A stretch of DNA of 64,000 bases. Source: Tubulanus polymorphus. Lineage: Eukaryota > Animalia > Nemertea. The notes beneath the pieces are model-generated. The model worked only from the letters and a program-made list of their open reading frames with translations. It did not search any database and was not told the origin of the DNA. Positions 26,726 through 40,272 of the stretch are shown here, in pieces (within the stretch, counting starts at the first letter, position 1; each line of letters begins with the position of its first letter). Location of the stretch: positions 11,160,001 through 11,224,000 of the forward strand of contig NC_134025.1 of the NCBI RefSeq assembly GCF_964204645.1, given 5' to 3'. A program made the translations under genes and the position numbers.

Positions 26726-29700
26726 GCATTTGAAATATGGCGAGCCACAAAATAACGCTGTCATATTGACTGCGGTTAAGAGGCTGGATAGTGGTCATTT
26801 TATTGGAAATTCCATCGAGCGACCTCTCAGTCGCGCGAAATGGCCACTAGTAAAATGCAAGCAAGCCACGGCGTCCGGAGCATCGTAATTCTATCACAGC
26901 GTGTTTACCAGACAAAGTAACCGCGTGATTTACTTGTTTGGTCATAATTCTGTGACGGATACCGCGCAAAAATTTCATTCAAAGCTTTTGCCGGCTGCGT
27001 CGCGGGAAATGAGCAAACATGAAAGGCATATTGCATAATGCGATTGATTCTTAGCAATGTCCAGTATATTGGCTTACTACTGTTTGTACTGCGCATTGAA
27101 TACGGCAATAAAAGCTGTCCCTGACCACTTAGCGCGGGATCATGACTTATCTTCTTAATACATAGTAATAAGTAGGTTACGAATAACTACAAGCTAGGCC
27201 TTTCCGAAATGGCTTGCCACTATAGTGATAGATCACAACGCAGCAAAGCGAGGAAGATAAAATTCATAGCCCTGTGCGGGTCGGTCACAGCAAAATAAGT
27301 AGATCTTCCTTATCGAGGTTTAAAACAACGATGGCGATCTCAACTCTTCTACGATGGCCACTGTACTATCCACAGACCATGTGGAGAAAAAACCATTCAA
27401 TAAGAGAAATGATTGTGTCTTGACTAGCATTGAATGATCTGACCGATTTAGTCGAGTAGAAAGCCCTAGTTTTCATCGCTGTCATTCACGATTTTTTCCG
27501 AGTCCGACCAAATTAATCTATCATACATCCGGTTGTCCTTTGATGCAGATCCAACTTATATAGCGTGTCCGGTTTCTCCGGTTCGCTTGCCAATTAAATT
27601 GCCTTGCGTGCACCTGTCCCCCCAATAGTGGGCAGTTAAATGTAAACAGTACAGCGCGGATATTGGATCACGCAATCGTTTGCAGGTGGAGTAGATTGAC
27701 CGTGATAGGGGTCAGGGGGATAATCACATCCAGTTATTTTGTTCGACGCTGCTCAGCGACGGGATTAGCAGGACATTGGTTTCACGGGGACACGGACGGT
27801 AAAACCGGCTATAAAACACGCGAAGTTGGTCACTTGACTCGAAAATTAACAAGGGTCGACGGACGAAATGCAAATACGCGCGGCCACGCCGCGGCTGACT
27901 CACCGCCATAAAAGCGGAACGTCGTTGCAAAGTGATGGACGGTGCTGTTCCATTCCCACGCTGACCATAGCAGGAAAGTTGTCACCGACAAATGGAAAGT
28001 AGCCACGATTGATTTTGATTGATGACACATTTTTTCCAACGCTTTGTCTACTGACAATGATTTAAAGTCATCTTGTTTCAGCAGCGAATACTCCTTTGTT
28101 TGTTTGCATCTTTTTCCATTGCAGAATGTTCAATAATAAAATGTTCAAAATCGTTTTGCGTTTCAGAACTAGTTCCTTAGTCTTATGGGCATCAATAGTA
28201 TCCTTATTCAATAAATCAGTTTTCCTAAACGGATTGAATTGCAATGCATATTTCGATTTCGTACAATATTGATATTCTGACCAATTTTGAATTTACACCA
28301 GCGATGCTTTTAGCAGAGAATCATTTAGCTACTTTACTTAATAAATCGATCGTTGAAAAACAATCTATGCACAGCATGACCTCGAGATGCGATCTGAAGT
28401 GACGTCAGCCACGAACAATCACATCGTTCCTCTGGACATATATAGCAGGCCAACGTAGCTATGAATCTGCGCGGGGCGAAACTGCATTCAGGGCACGCTA
28501 ACTGAATCGAAGAACGAGGATTCTTATTAAAGATAATTTAGAGGTTGAGATTTTACGAGCTACGTTAGGAGATGGCAACCGGTGCAAACGCCGATGACCA
28601 CAGAACGGCCACGATAACGACTCAATCTCTATGCATTTAGCGAAGTTATTGGCAATCCGGGGTTTTATTGAGCCTTTCGCAAACCTCGCAGAAATCATCG
28701 CCTGACAAGAAAATAGGCGATCTGCAGCTCAATGTGAGATCAGATGTGACGGAGACGTACCGTATGACCAAATTGACGTTGATCAGCAGCGTAGATGCGC
28801 TGGAAAATGACACGACCGCCGCTGTCGAGACCGTGCCTCCGTTTCTTCTCCTCTGGCCAACGTTGTCTGCGTATCCAATTTGCCTCATTAGCGATGTATT
28901 GACCCTAAATGTATCGATGATTGACCCATCATCGCATCGAGGCAATTAAATGCACTCAGCGTCTTTAATTTGGCAGGGTACACTTTCTCACGCCATTCGA
29001 CAGTGATTCTCTTTTCAGCTAGCCGATAATTCTGACACAGTACACACGATATTGACTGGACGGATTTACTGGCCACTAACAGGGATTACTCAAGCCGATT
29101 CTTCGATGAACAATTTTCTACCATTGACGGTGAAATCGCGATAAAAACAATTCCATTTAGATTGCGGTACGTTCGGACAGCATTATCACATCAGCCGGCG
29201 TTATCGCCCCATACCCAGCCGGACTGGATTAGGCATTTTCGTGCCGTCAGCTTTACGCAGAACTTTTAATTTAGTTCGAAGTCGCGAAAGCCGTTTCCTT
29301 CCAGCGCCAGGAAATTGACGAGGAAAGAATATGAATGGTCAACTATTGTCCAGCTCGCAATCACTAGCTAACAACTCGCAAGATTGATGGCCATCGTTCA
29401 TGCCGTATCGATTCGTTTACTACACCACGCAATGGATTTACGCACGACGCCGGTTTGCCAGCTCGCCTGGCCGCTCGTGTCCGGTCAGACATAATCCACA
29501 AGAGACGAGACGCAATGATAGGATAAACTAGTCGACATGATTGGCAAATCTGCGACGATTAATCCCGTCTATAAGGGGTCACATCAAAGGAACAGTAATG
29601 ATCAGCAACACGCAACTGTTGAGTGCACGATGATGTACTCGCCATCTCTCGCGGGTCATTCGACTAATGGGGTATCGGCGCTGCGCTGTTGTGGCAAGCG

Positions 29701-29738
29701 AGGATTCCGCGAGAATCCGCCAGATTCGCTACTAGTTA

Positions 29739-29813
29739 TACCCATCCTCCCTCGGCAGGGATTCGAACCTGATGGCATCGAAATCCATCACACTACACCG
29801 TTTGCGCAGATAC
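29739..29813 (-). mobile_element. tRNA-derived SINE head, copy 1
   Basis: Reverse complement: gtatctgcgcaaacggtgtagtgtgatggatttcgatgccatcaGGTTCGAATCCctgccgagggaggatgggta. It has an A-box-like GGTGTAGTG and a perfect Pol III B-box, and aligns with 31018-31095. Confidence 0.75.
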
Positions 29814-29947
29814 ACGCGCAGGTTTGCCGCGAACAATTTTGCGGGGCCAATCAGATTGCCCGTTTGTATAATCGTTGAGGGAATTTCACAAACAACTGGA
29901 AAAACCCTGGCGAAAATATAACGGCATTTTCGATTGGGTGATAATGG

Positions 29948-30045
29948 CATCATCTCAGCTACGTACCTGCGCACTCGGTCTAGTGGTCTAGTGGTAGGGT
30001 TTTGTACCGTGGCAGCGTCCGAATCCCATCCGGGGAAAGATGGTA
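29948..30045 (+). mobile_element. tRNA-derived SINE head, copy 2 (diverged B-box, duplicated A-box)
   Basis: catcatctcagctacgtacctgcgcactcggtctagtggtctagtggtagggtttt...gtccgaatcccatccggggaaagatgg aligns with the 31001-31095 copy. Confidence 0.65.
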
Positions 30046-30304
30046 GTTACTTGATTATAACGCAATTCAATCTACATGTATAAGGCTATATTTCGTCCGA
30101 CTGTTCTCTTATTAAGCTAGAATTAAGCTAGCATCTCAGCTACGTACCTGCGCACTCGGTCTAGTGGTCTAGTGGTAGGGTTTTGTACCGTGGCAGCGTC
30201 CGAATCCCATCCGGGGAAAGATGGTAGTTACTTGATTATAACGCAATTCAATCTACATGTATAAGGCTATATTTCGTCCGACTGTTCTCTTATTAAGCTA
30301 GAAT
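29951..30304 (+). repeat. Perfect tandem duplication, 173 bp x2 (period 181)
   Basis: 29951-30123 is identical by eye to 30132-30304. The 8-nt spacer taagctag (30124-30131) repeats 30113-30120. Confidence 0.97.
30132..30226 (+). mobile_element. tRNA-derived SINE head, copy 3 (product of the tandem duplication)
   Basis: Identical to copy 2. Confidence 0.65.
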
Positions 30305-31000
30305 CTATTTTCCATAAAAGTACAAAACAAGGACAAGTACCAAACACTGAGCGGAAAAGTCAGTCCCACGTGTATACACTTGATGACACCCTAGATAGGT
30401 ATTTGGATTTTGATCAAAATTCAAAAATCATCGAAAGTAACTAATTTTGTTTGTTTGATTATTGTGGATCCAAGACTAACCTTATTCGATTGTACCTTTA
30501 AACTCATGGTGGGACAATGGCCTATTACGTTGGTCGCACAAGCTGCCAGCTGGACTCAACCCGTTCTTAACTCAGCACTGATAGTGAAAGCGACAGCATC
30601 ACGCCTTATCCTACTGAGTTACTTGAAACCGCTTTTGCGGTATGTAATTACGCCATCTGTGGCCATACGCGCGAGAAAGCTATCAGGAAAAAACAAATAC
30701 AATACGATGTCATCAGTACCTCGATCACAAAATTATCTGGTATCGTCACTAAATGTTCCAGCCCATTTTACCATTCATAGAGAGGTGCCAGTGATCGACG
30801 CCACCACCACGCGTACGATGCAGCCCTCGTTGTAACACTAGACCGGGTACGCAGGTACATGCGCTGTTTTGTTTTGCTCGAAAACTTGCGGCATCAATCA
30901 GGTTGCTCGTTGTATATCGCTGAGGTCAATTTCGCGGAAGAACTACAAATGGGAAAACCCGGGCTAAAATAAAACGGGATATCTAATTGGCTAATAATAA

Positions 31001-31095
31001 CATCATCTAAGCAGTTTGTAGCTGCGCACTCGATCTAGTGCGGCAGGGTTTCGTATTCGATGCCATCAGGTTCAAATCCCTGCCGGGGGAGGATG
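31001..31095 (+). mobile_element. tRNA-derived SINE head, copy 4
   Basis: catcatctaagcagtttgtagctgcgcactcgatctagtgcggcagggtttcgtattcgatgccatcaGGTTCAAATCCctgccgggggaggatg has an A-box-like motif and a B-box. No complete cloverleaf could be drawn. Confidence 0.75.
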
Positions 31096-31644
31096 ATCGA
31101 GCCTGGATAGCCTGAGAATATTGACACAAGCTACATGTAGCTATGGCATTTACAACATCTACCGTCAATATACACGTTCAAAATGCTCAGAAGTTGTTCA
31201 TAGATCGCGCTCTGACAGCGTCGTAGCACTAGAACAGTTCTACGCAGTTATATGAGCAAATGAAGACCCAAATCTTCCCCTTCTCCAAAACCGACACCGG
31301 GTGGGTTGACGATAGACAAGAATCAATTGCTAAAAGCACCCAATATTCCATTCCGAATGACTTTATTTCAGATCTCTCGATTATAAAATATCTTAAATCC
31401 TAATCTTTTATTGGATAAAATGATCTGGTGGCTGTATTTCGGACCTAGTTCGGTTATTAGTTCCGACCACTGTCGACTAGCTAACAAAACATTTGGGTAA
31501 GCAGAACTGAGTACAGTTCGCGACTACGGATCATCATTGCTTATATTTGTATCGAGCAATTCAATTCAATCATAACTTTATTCCGCGATCTTGCGTAAGA
31601 GCAAAAACCCTGTAAAACTACATGATCCTATTATCCAATCATTA

Positions 31645-32190
31645 AATTAGACTAGATCTCATGGGACATGGATCTAGATCACAATGTTTTATTAGCAATC
31701 GAAAATGTAAATCTGTTATGGAGGATGTTCTCCGAGTCAGCCATATACCATTGAGAAACGACACGTTTGATCTATATTTATCATTAAAACAATATCCATC
31801 TGACCCTCCAACCACTACTAGCCTAACCACTACTCCAAAAGTGCATTTATTTTACAACTCATTAGGGTTTTCAGCATTTGGCATAAGCTACACAGCCAGC
31901 GAAGTTGCGCGCTAATTGACATGATGATAAAACATTTAATCTCGATATGATTTCGGATAAAACATTAGTAATGCAATATGTATTTCCGTCACCATGTTCA
32001 AGCGTAATGACACAACACTTAAAAGGTTCCGATAGTCTTGAAATGGGGATTGTCACTCCTTTTTATTTGATCGTTAGGCCATCAGCTTCGAATCTCAGGC
32101 AAAGGGTAGCGGTTCAATCCATTTTCCTAAACCCATTTATTGCTCCCTTGATACTGACGTTTGGAGCTCATTTCTGTGAAGGACACACGA
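31645..32190 (-). mobile_element. Decayed L2/CR1-type LINE ORF2 fragment (region between endonuclease and RT)
   Basis: Collinear minus-strand motifs: K*AP (cf. KHAP), NKW, GD...ITNVL, LARNF and KHCDLDPCP (cf. KSCxLDPIP). The block is CpG-poor. A LINE-type tail (aataaagttatgattgaattgaattg, minus strand) lies nearby at ~31558-31583. Confidence 0.5.
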
Positions 32191-35100
32191 TAAGAAGCAC
32201 CTATATGCGACATATCTCGATACCAGCCACATCAATTTGTATACATCTACTTACTTTTGTTACCCTTAACCAGGTTCACATTCGATCAGAAAAAAGGATT
32301 AATTTCATCGGGTCAGTTCAATTCATACATGCGCATTGTGTAAGCCAATCTTATTGACTCATTTATTTATCGGACGCGAGAATTGAACGGGGAGTATTAC
32401 AGAAGGCTTTTAATCTCGACAAGTTTCATCGGGTTTATCGAATCATATTTCCCGACTTTCATATTTGACAAAGATATCAATTTCGTGATTCGTTTTTCAC
32501 GCGTTGAGTCACTCGCTGCACTGTACAGCGTCGTCGTCGTCGTAATACCGGAGCTGACCATTCTTACGTCAAGACAAATTAACGGCGAGCCGTTCCCCCA
32601 ATACAGCTGTCGGCGATGCTGTTGACCAACAGCCCTTTTGAACCACTATAATGTTTGTCGTGTTCTTTCTCGCTTTGGCGCTGACCAGATCGAGTGGTCG
32701 TCGTGTTGTAAATATTTTGCTAATCAATCGCGGCCAGCCGGATGATCGATCTCCATTCAGGCTGGAAATAGCCATAAAGCCCTAAGCTAAATACTACATC
32801 AGCGCGTCGTGATTAGCCACGCCGGACAAGGCAAACACGGCAACTGAGTCAGAAAATTGAAAGAAACGCACTGCAAACATTAGAGTGGACAGGAGAAATA
32901 TTGAAATATTCATAGGTAAAGAATGGGATGACAATTGGATCGCCGGCGGCCGCGATACACAATCGGACGAGCAGGTGCTTCGCTGCCCACGTTTCGATCA
33001 AAGTGCCGTATCATGTTAGTTTTGATAAGAATAAGTGAAAAGAGCTAGTCTACGACGTTTTTGCTTTTTTCTTTTTCCCCTCCCTTCGCCGTCGATCGAT
33101 TGACACATACAGTTCACTCGGTTTTTCCGCGCATCCAACGGTGTCGACTAAAAAAACACTTCTTCGGAATAATATCTTATTGTGAACTGTTGATTACGAA
33201 TTCTAGAAACCGTCTATGAATAAGTGATTACGCAATATTTGAGCCCTTCATGTCGTTTTAAATAGTTGATGATGACCACTGAACTAGGAAACTGATTCGG
33301 TTTCGTTTAAATTTTCCGGTATTTGCTTCGCCAACTCTGCAATAACGAACGCTCTACCGACGCGGCTAGGAGAGATGCATTCGTTACACAAAGATTACAA
33401 TCTTTTTTTTCGGTCGATGCAGGTAACCGGAGATACCTTTCTATAATGACCAATTTCAGCACACCCGACCTGCCATCAATGACCACGTGAATCGGGACTA
33501 CTCCTAAAACCTATCGATTAGTCTCGGCGACGGAATCGTATTCGACGCGCTCGAGTTTCATCCGCGAAACAATGAAAATCGGTTCTTTCATCTGTTTTCT
33601 GGTCAGCAGCAAAAATACCGATTTCGATCTTTTTAAGCACGGTTAAAACTTCCGTATTGTGTCGCGCTAATGTGCTCTTAAGTAAAGTATGGAATGACTT
33701 GATGGATGGACATGGTTTTCAATCGGCTCTCGGAGGAAATCTCGTAACAATGCGATATATCGGATTTTTGAATAAGTATATGTGATTTATATTCGCATAT
33801 TGGACTATCGTTTTTTGAGACTTGTTATTTGTAAAGAGTATTGAACGCGAGCCACGGGTTAACCAATAATCCATGAAGGGTGGTATTCTCTCTATTGTGA
33901 AAAAACACATGTATGGAACATCTATGAAAAGTCACGCTGTATTGATGATATGGCTCTGTGACAAAATCTAAAGCCAGTTTAAACTTTTAGTGTATCAGCT
34001 AATTTCGCCTAAGCCCGATCAACTTAAAGCAGGTGTCACGACTGAGTTTTCCAAGACCGGAAACGTGCATCGATTTTGATGAAGATCCTTCGGTATGACT
34101 ATAGCCCACAGGCTGTAATGTCGAGAAAATCGTCGAGAAAGTATATACGCGACATTCGGTCTAAAAGAAGCGCGCTGCCATACAAAAACATCTTTTTTTC
34201 GGAGAAAACAATACATTCATATCGCGCATGCTCCTAATTAAGACTTAACAGGCGGTTATTTAATACCTGGCAGGTCGACGAGGATGTGTGGTGTCTATAC
34301 GGAATATCTAGCGACGCGTGTACCGATTGTCGCTAGGATACCGTTTAATGGTCGCCCGTATGTTTTTGTTTTTTTTTTCAATATGGTCAGCAGCGATAAT
34401 TATTACCTCCATACAATTTAAGGCCGGTTTGGTAATGATCGACGAAGAATAAAATTATCAAGGTGTGGCGTTTTACTGCGGCAGACTAATAAAACGACAA
34501 TAACAATGCCATTTTGCTTCTCTTAGCCGTCGATTTTTATCATGGTCATTCATTAGTAGCGACGTGTATATACATTGATTGGGAGCCATTTCAGTCGTGG
34601 TTTATATTACCGGACATCATAGGTAATGGACTGGCTTCAGCGCGTCGCATGTTGCTAAGTTTTTAATAACATCTCGTTTGCTTTCCACTGGCCGAGTTTT
34701 TGATTAATCGCTTCGAACAAATTAGATATGAATAATATAACGAGTGTGCATGTGCACAGATAGACCACAATAGCCAGCGGTCTCATTGCATGGCAACAGC
34801 GCAAAAAAGGAAATTATCCCTAGCAGAAAAATTCAAGTCGGCCGGACTTCATTTCCTACCAACCTGAAGCACCGCTGGCGAATGGTGTTTGTAGAATCTG
34901 CCTGTCATATCCGCTTGATTATATGCCGGTTTCTCGTTACCTTTGGTCATAAATGAAACCGACGAGATGATACAAAAAAGTTTGACTTTGAAGAATTGAA
35001 AGTTGGCTGTCGAGAGATGGTTTGCCATTGAGGATCGGAAAGGTATCACCGACAGACAGTACACGTGCACAGTGCAGTGGCTGTAGTGTCAAGGTCATCA

Positions 35101-37940
35101 CTAGAAACGTATCTAACTACAAAAAAACTTTCGGATTATTTACACGGGACGAACGAGCAAAAAAATTGAAAAATGTAAAACCTAATCTTTAACCCTTAAA
35201 GCTTGGTTCTTTCCAAATCTTATGTCATTCAACAAGAAAATCAACCCCAAACAGTCGCTTGGAGGTTCAGCCATTTGCTATTCAAACGCAATAATTTGAC
35301 CCGCGTGCTAAAATTTTGCTCGGGCCTGGTCCGACGTTTTTTGTTGGACCGCCAAAAATGCTCGTGTGAACGCGGCTTTAGTCTAAATCTACCAAATATG
35401 TTATAGTGTAACGATGTAAGGATTCGAATTCTCGAAAAGCCCAAAGGACCGATTTTCTGCGCACGCCGTAGCTTTACGTATAGGTAAGTCAGACGGAATA
35501 ATGACGTATGAATATCATTTGATATCGGGGCGCTTTTTCACCTTGTTATAATATGCTTTCGATTCGATCTTTTTCGCGTTCGATCACGGACTGGCCAGTG
35601 ATCAATAAAGGCACGTCGGCAAATCTGTAGTCGCAGGTAATATTGGCATAAGTCCGAAGTAACCTGACACATTAACGATACGTGTGCACATCGATAGTAC
35701 ATAAGCGAATAATTTCAGTAGAAAATTTATTTAGTACAAATGTCGAAGAGTGAGCGACCAATTTTACCAACACGGTCGTTTGGTTTCGGCATCTATAAGC
35801 AACTTTTATCGACAAACCTGGAAGTGACAGACCTGAAAAATAAATTGCTCAAAATATTGACTCGACAGCTAAAAGGGCTCATAGGGTTAGAGATGTTTAT
35901 TGGAAATGTTTGTTCCCTTCTTTTTCATTGAAATACGTCGATTCTTTTCCAAATCTTCAGTGTATGTCTTTTAATGTGATTTAATGTATTTCGAAATGTT
36001 GTGTATTTCAATTTGAGCAAAACCAATTCTGCGAATTTCTGTAAATTCGACCGACCATCCGACCTGTACTTCGATTTCTGATTTCAAAATAGAACCCCCG
36101 GTTTCGTTCGTGACAGCCGTGGTATAGGTTTGTTAGCATCCATCCAATCAAATCAATCAATTAATCAAATGAACGAGAGGGACAATCACCATCATTTCTA
36201 GATAGAAGGGATTTCCAACATTTGCTCGTCGGGCTTATATATAGAGAGATTTTTGCAAAAAATTATTGTTGTGCATGTATATATCACGCCTAAAATGAAC
36301 TCGTTTTTACTCGAAGATTCGTTTTTTGTTATATACATGATAAAATGAGGAAATAATCTGACAAATGATTATATATATGCCAGTTTGCGTATAACTGATA
36401 CGTCCACGACTGTGCTTGCTTTATTTGGAACTCGAATAACTCTGGATTACTGGTTGAAACAGTGACCATGTTTTCGGTGGCGAGTATACGGATACTGGAC
36501 CGGGCACATTTCCTCCGCGACTGACGTTTTTTATGATAGATGACTGTCGACATTCGCTAATCGAATTATAATGGACATTCGAACCACTCTCCGGCATTTC
36601 CTACGAGCATGCAGAAAATCCGTATTTTCCGCTTATCCCGTTGAAAGGAAAATATGCTCTGGAGAGCCGGCTGACAGATTTCTCGTTTTAGCGATCATAT
36701 GAAACATCACGGACCGGAAGTGGCGAGAGATCAGACGGTTAAAATTCCCTGGTAATTTCGTCTCCCCTGCCAGATAAACACGTGATATCCGAAACTGCGC
36801 ATTTTGTCCAGTTGCAGGCTGAAATGGTTGTTATTGTACTCGCCGAAAATGGACAGAAATCATAGCTGCATTAATCCGAATCCCTGGTGTCAAGATCATT
36901 TGTAGGTAAATCAAACTCGATTCTAGAATATATCTATCCAAGATTAAGGGTGAAGTTTATTCGATTGAAAATGATCAATAAAGAGCCATATACATAATCA
37001 TAACACTAAACAATTAATTTTGAATCATATTCCAACACAAACAATACAACACAACAGTAATGATCAACTTTTTGAGTGCCTCCAGTAACGTATGTGTAGT
37101 TGCGTTTGAGAGCGAGAATGTGAGTGTGTGTGGTAAGGGATTTTAGACTATAGTATAAGTTTCTTTTGGCTTTTTTCAGACCCTCGCATAGATTATTGCT
37201 ACACTGATTATATATCCTGTAATTATCATGTCCAGTTATTATCTCTGTCTCAATCATTCATGCAAAATATATCAAATCAAATGTAAAAAAAAAACTGTAT
37301 CTGATAATCATCTGATGATAATCAGCACGTGGCACATTTCGTGTAAAATATCGTTTTGCGATATGTCTAATTCTTTTGTGTTGTCAACGGTTACCGGGCA
37401 GTTACTACTCTTACCTCCACCAGAGCTGACCTCAAGATCTTACATTAACCATGCAGAAAACAGGGTATATACCGAGTGAATTATGTGTATCTAAATTCTA
37501 CGGCAATCATAGTGAGCTGTCACCCACGGATCCCATTGACGAAGTTCCTTTCCATTTCCTACTTACCCGACGTCGCTTGTCAGTGATCCTCTCTTCGGAT
37601 CCTATACCGGATGTGTTGTCCAGCGAACAAGCCCGGTAGTTTCCGCTTCAATTCAGCCGCCGGGTTATTAGTGGACACGTACGTATTAAAACTCTATACA
37701 AATAATCTCTTGTAGTTTGAGTCTCAGTTTTTTCCCCCAGCAGTTGTATGCTGGACGCACGCGCCATTCCAAATGTTACTCATTTCAACTTTATCTGAGG
37801 TTATGCTAGTCAAATAACAATTAGAAAATCGCGATTCGGTATAGGCAAAACAAAACGAGAAAACGGAAATGATGATGGATCATCTGGTTCAGGGATTGTG
37901 AGTTTTTAGATAGTGTTGGCTATTTCGCACCACGCAGCCA

Positions 37941-38219
37941 CAGGGGTGGATCCAGGGTCAAAGGAAAGGGGGTTGCCACTTTTTATGGAAATTTAGGGCC
38001 TTTTTCTAAACTTCACCGCAATATCGGTGTTCACATACGCAGTTATAATGTTTAAGATTTTAGATCTGCTTGAGCTGGCAAAACAGCAAATTTTTTATTT
38101 CAGTTGTTAAATCATAATTTTGATCTTTCTTAAGTCCGGAATATTTGAGGATGGAAATTTTAGGGGACCTCAAAATTTCGGGGGAAAATATTTTGTCCGG
38201 ACCCCATGGACATCCCCAG
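37941..38219. mobile_element. Degenerate MITE with CAGGGG(C/T)GGATCCAG-type termini (hAT-like non-autonomous)
   Basis: The left end caggggtggatccaggg and the right end ccccatggacatccccag are imperfect inverses flanking an AT-rich interior. No TSD was recovered. Confidence 0.5.
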
Positions 38220-38862
38220 AGCGACGAGTTTCAGATGTGCCCGCTTTAGATAGGATGCGCAACTTACGCACATATCATAACCGCCTTATGAGAACGTTTC
38301 AGTTGTTGAATTGATTGTTTGACCGGGTGATGCATCGGTAAATGGCAGATTGAAATAAATGGCAAATATCAACGGCGAAAAGGAGTGATACCTGACCGAA
38401 ACACAGAGACGAACGACTGCGATGTATATTTGCCAATATAGAAATGATGAATCATGGCGAACATAAAAGCGTTGAGCAATTAATTATTATGGATTGGTCC
38501 TATATTAATTAGCATTGATATTTTTTTTTATTCACCACCCAGTGTCCACGTGGCTTTGTCCATAAATCCATAGCCACGGCACGAATGTACCGACGCATGG
38601 ATGCAAGCCAGTGTTCTATCGACAAAAGCAGGTTTATTGCCGTTTGAATCAGGTTTCTACCTTTGCAATTATCGCGGATAATTCGTGTAAAGAACGCGAA
38701 TATCCAGATAGTAGCCGGGCACAATCATCTTTGGACACGGTGTAAGCCGCGGCATTGTTTTGACAACCGCCGTTCGGTCCATTAGACAAAAGTTGTTGCG
38801 AAAGCAAAATTGTGCAGAAATTCGCCAGAAATTGGTAATTCGGTGGAAGAATATTAGTGATT

Positions 38863-38935
38863 GTTAACTCTGAGTTAAAATCAATTCATTTTCAATGAGT
38901 TTACTCCGAGTCAAATCTTGTGGAACTGGGTCCAG
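38863..38935 (+). mobile_element. Partial copy of the 49923-50040 MITE
   Basis: gttaactctgagttaaaatcaattcattttcaatgagtt...tgtggaactgggtccag matches the centre and right TIR of 49923-50040. Confidence 0.8.
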
Positions 38936-40272
38936 CAATCGAAAAGGCAAAAAGTATATTTCACACTATTTTCGCGCGTAAATCACATTGCATACACTAA
39001 CTGTCTTTTTAAGTCCTCGGAAAATTACTTCGTTGGCATAAGGAAGGTTCATATCTAATCATATGATTATTTCGTTCTTAAGTTCCTTCGTCAACTTCCT
39101 GCAAATTTTTACCGATGCTATCTTCTACAGAAGAAAAAGCAGCGTCTTAGTAATCAATACTTTTGCGATAGACCGCGGCTCTGGCGTCGAGTCCAGTTGA
39201 CGGTATGGTTTTAAATTGCCATGGTCGGCGCTTGTCCTTAGCAACGGACAAACACCTGCCTGTCAGCAAAATTGACTGACTCTAATATGATGATATTTCG
39301 GTGTTTTGACGTTGTCCGGGTGATATCATATTAGGTATCGATAATCATCAGTCACCGTGCTATAATTAAAGATCTTTGGACGGTCATTTATTATTTGCGA
39401 AAAAACTCGGGATGACAATGACTCGGGGTATTGATGTCATCCTCACCTGGTGGTTCGACTTCGAATATCCCTCGTTACGTTTAATGTATACATGTATATA
39501 CATTTTGTAATATTACTTGTATATACCAAAGTCCGCGTAGATATAAGGACAACGCCCATCGCGTTTGATAAATGATGCAGATAATTACTTATATACGTCT
39601 AACTGTGACCAGTTCAACCAATTAATTTACAATGTCGTCGATTATTCTTCGAGTGCGAGAGTTGTCGAGTCGTATAGGGCTTTGGTCGGAGAAATACTAG
39701 CCGATTCCACGCGAGGGTGAGGGATGACAAAATAAAGAGTAATTTAATGTCGATTTTTTATCCTTTGTCGCCACGTCCATTGCGTCCGTCCATCGCGATG
39801 AATCAACCAAATTGACTTTTCAATCAGACAAGATCAGAACGATGTCGCACCGAGGGAATTCCGGCGCGCCTTTGTCCAGCCGATTCGCCGGCGAATTCCC
39901 GTTCGAAAATCCGCACCGGATCATTGTCCAGTCTGTCCGTGATTCTAACAATAGCCGGTGTTAGCGATGCGATGGTCAGATTTTTTGATATAATTCACCA
40001 TAACGCCCGCGTAGATCGCCACAATATATCTAATTGAAATTACGCACGCTGCCGCGTCCGTATCCGTGCGCTCATTAATCAGGAGAAAAGTGCACTATAT
40101 AATCGGTCAGCTGGATGCATGCCAAGCTAATGAGGTCTAATTACAAAGTAAAGCTAAAAAGCTCTGGACATTACTTCTCTATCAACACAACACACAGTCT
40201 AGTATTACCACGGATGTATAAAACTGGTTTATACAACGACGATATGAGGCTGCACTACTAACACAGGGGACC

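Noticed and set aside
29951-30304. CRISPR-like array (also considered for 60450-60568)
   Set aside because: Only two long units with no unique spacers, no cas genes and a eukaryotic context.
31021-31095. Functional tRNA gene
   Set aside because: No acceptor stem or anticodon arm could be drawn. It is interpreted as a SINE head.
22772-32190. Single fragmented LINE made of the three minus-strand remnants
   Set aside because: The domain order on the minus strand (linker, then endonuclease, then C-terminus) is not collinear with one element.
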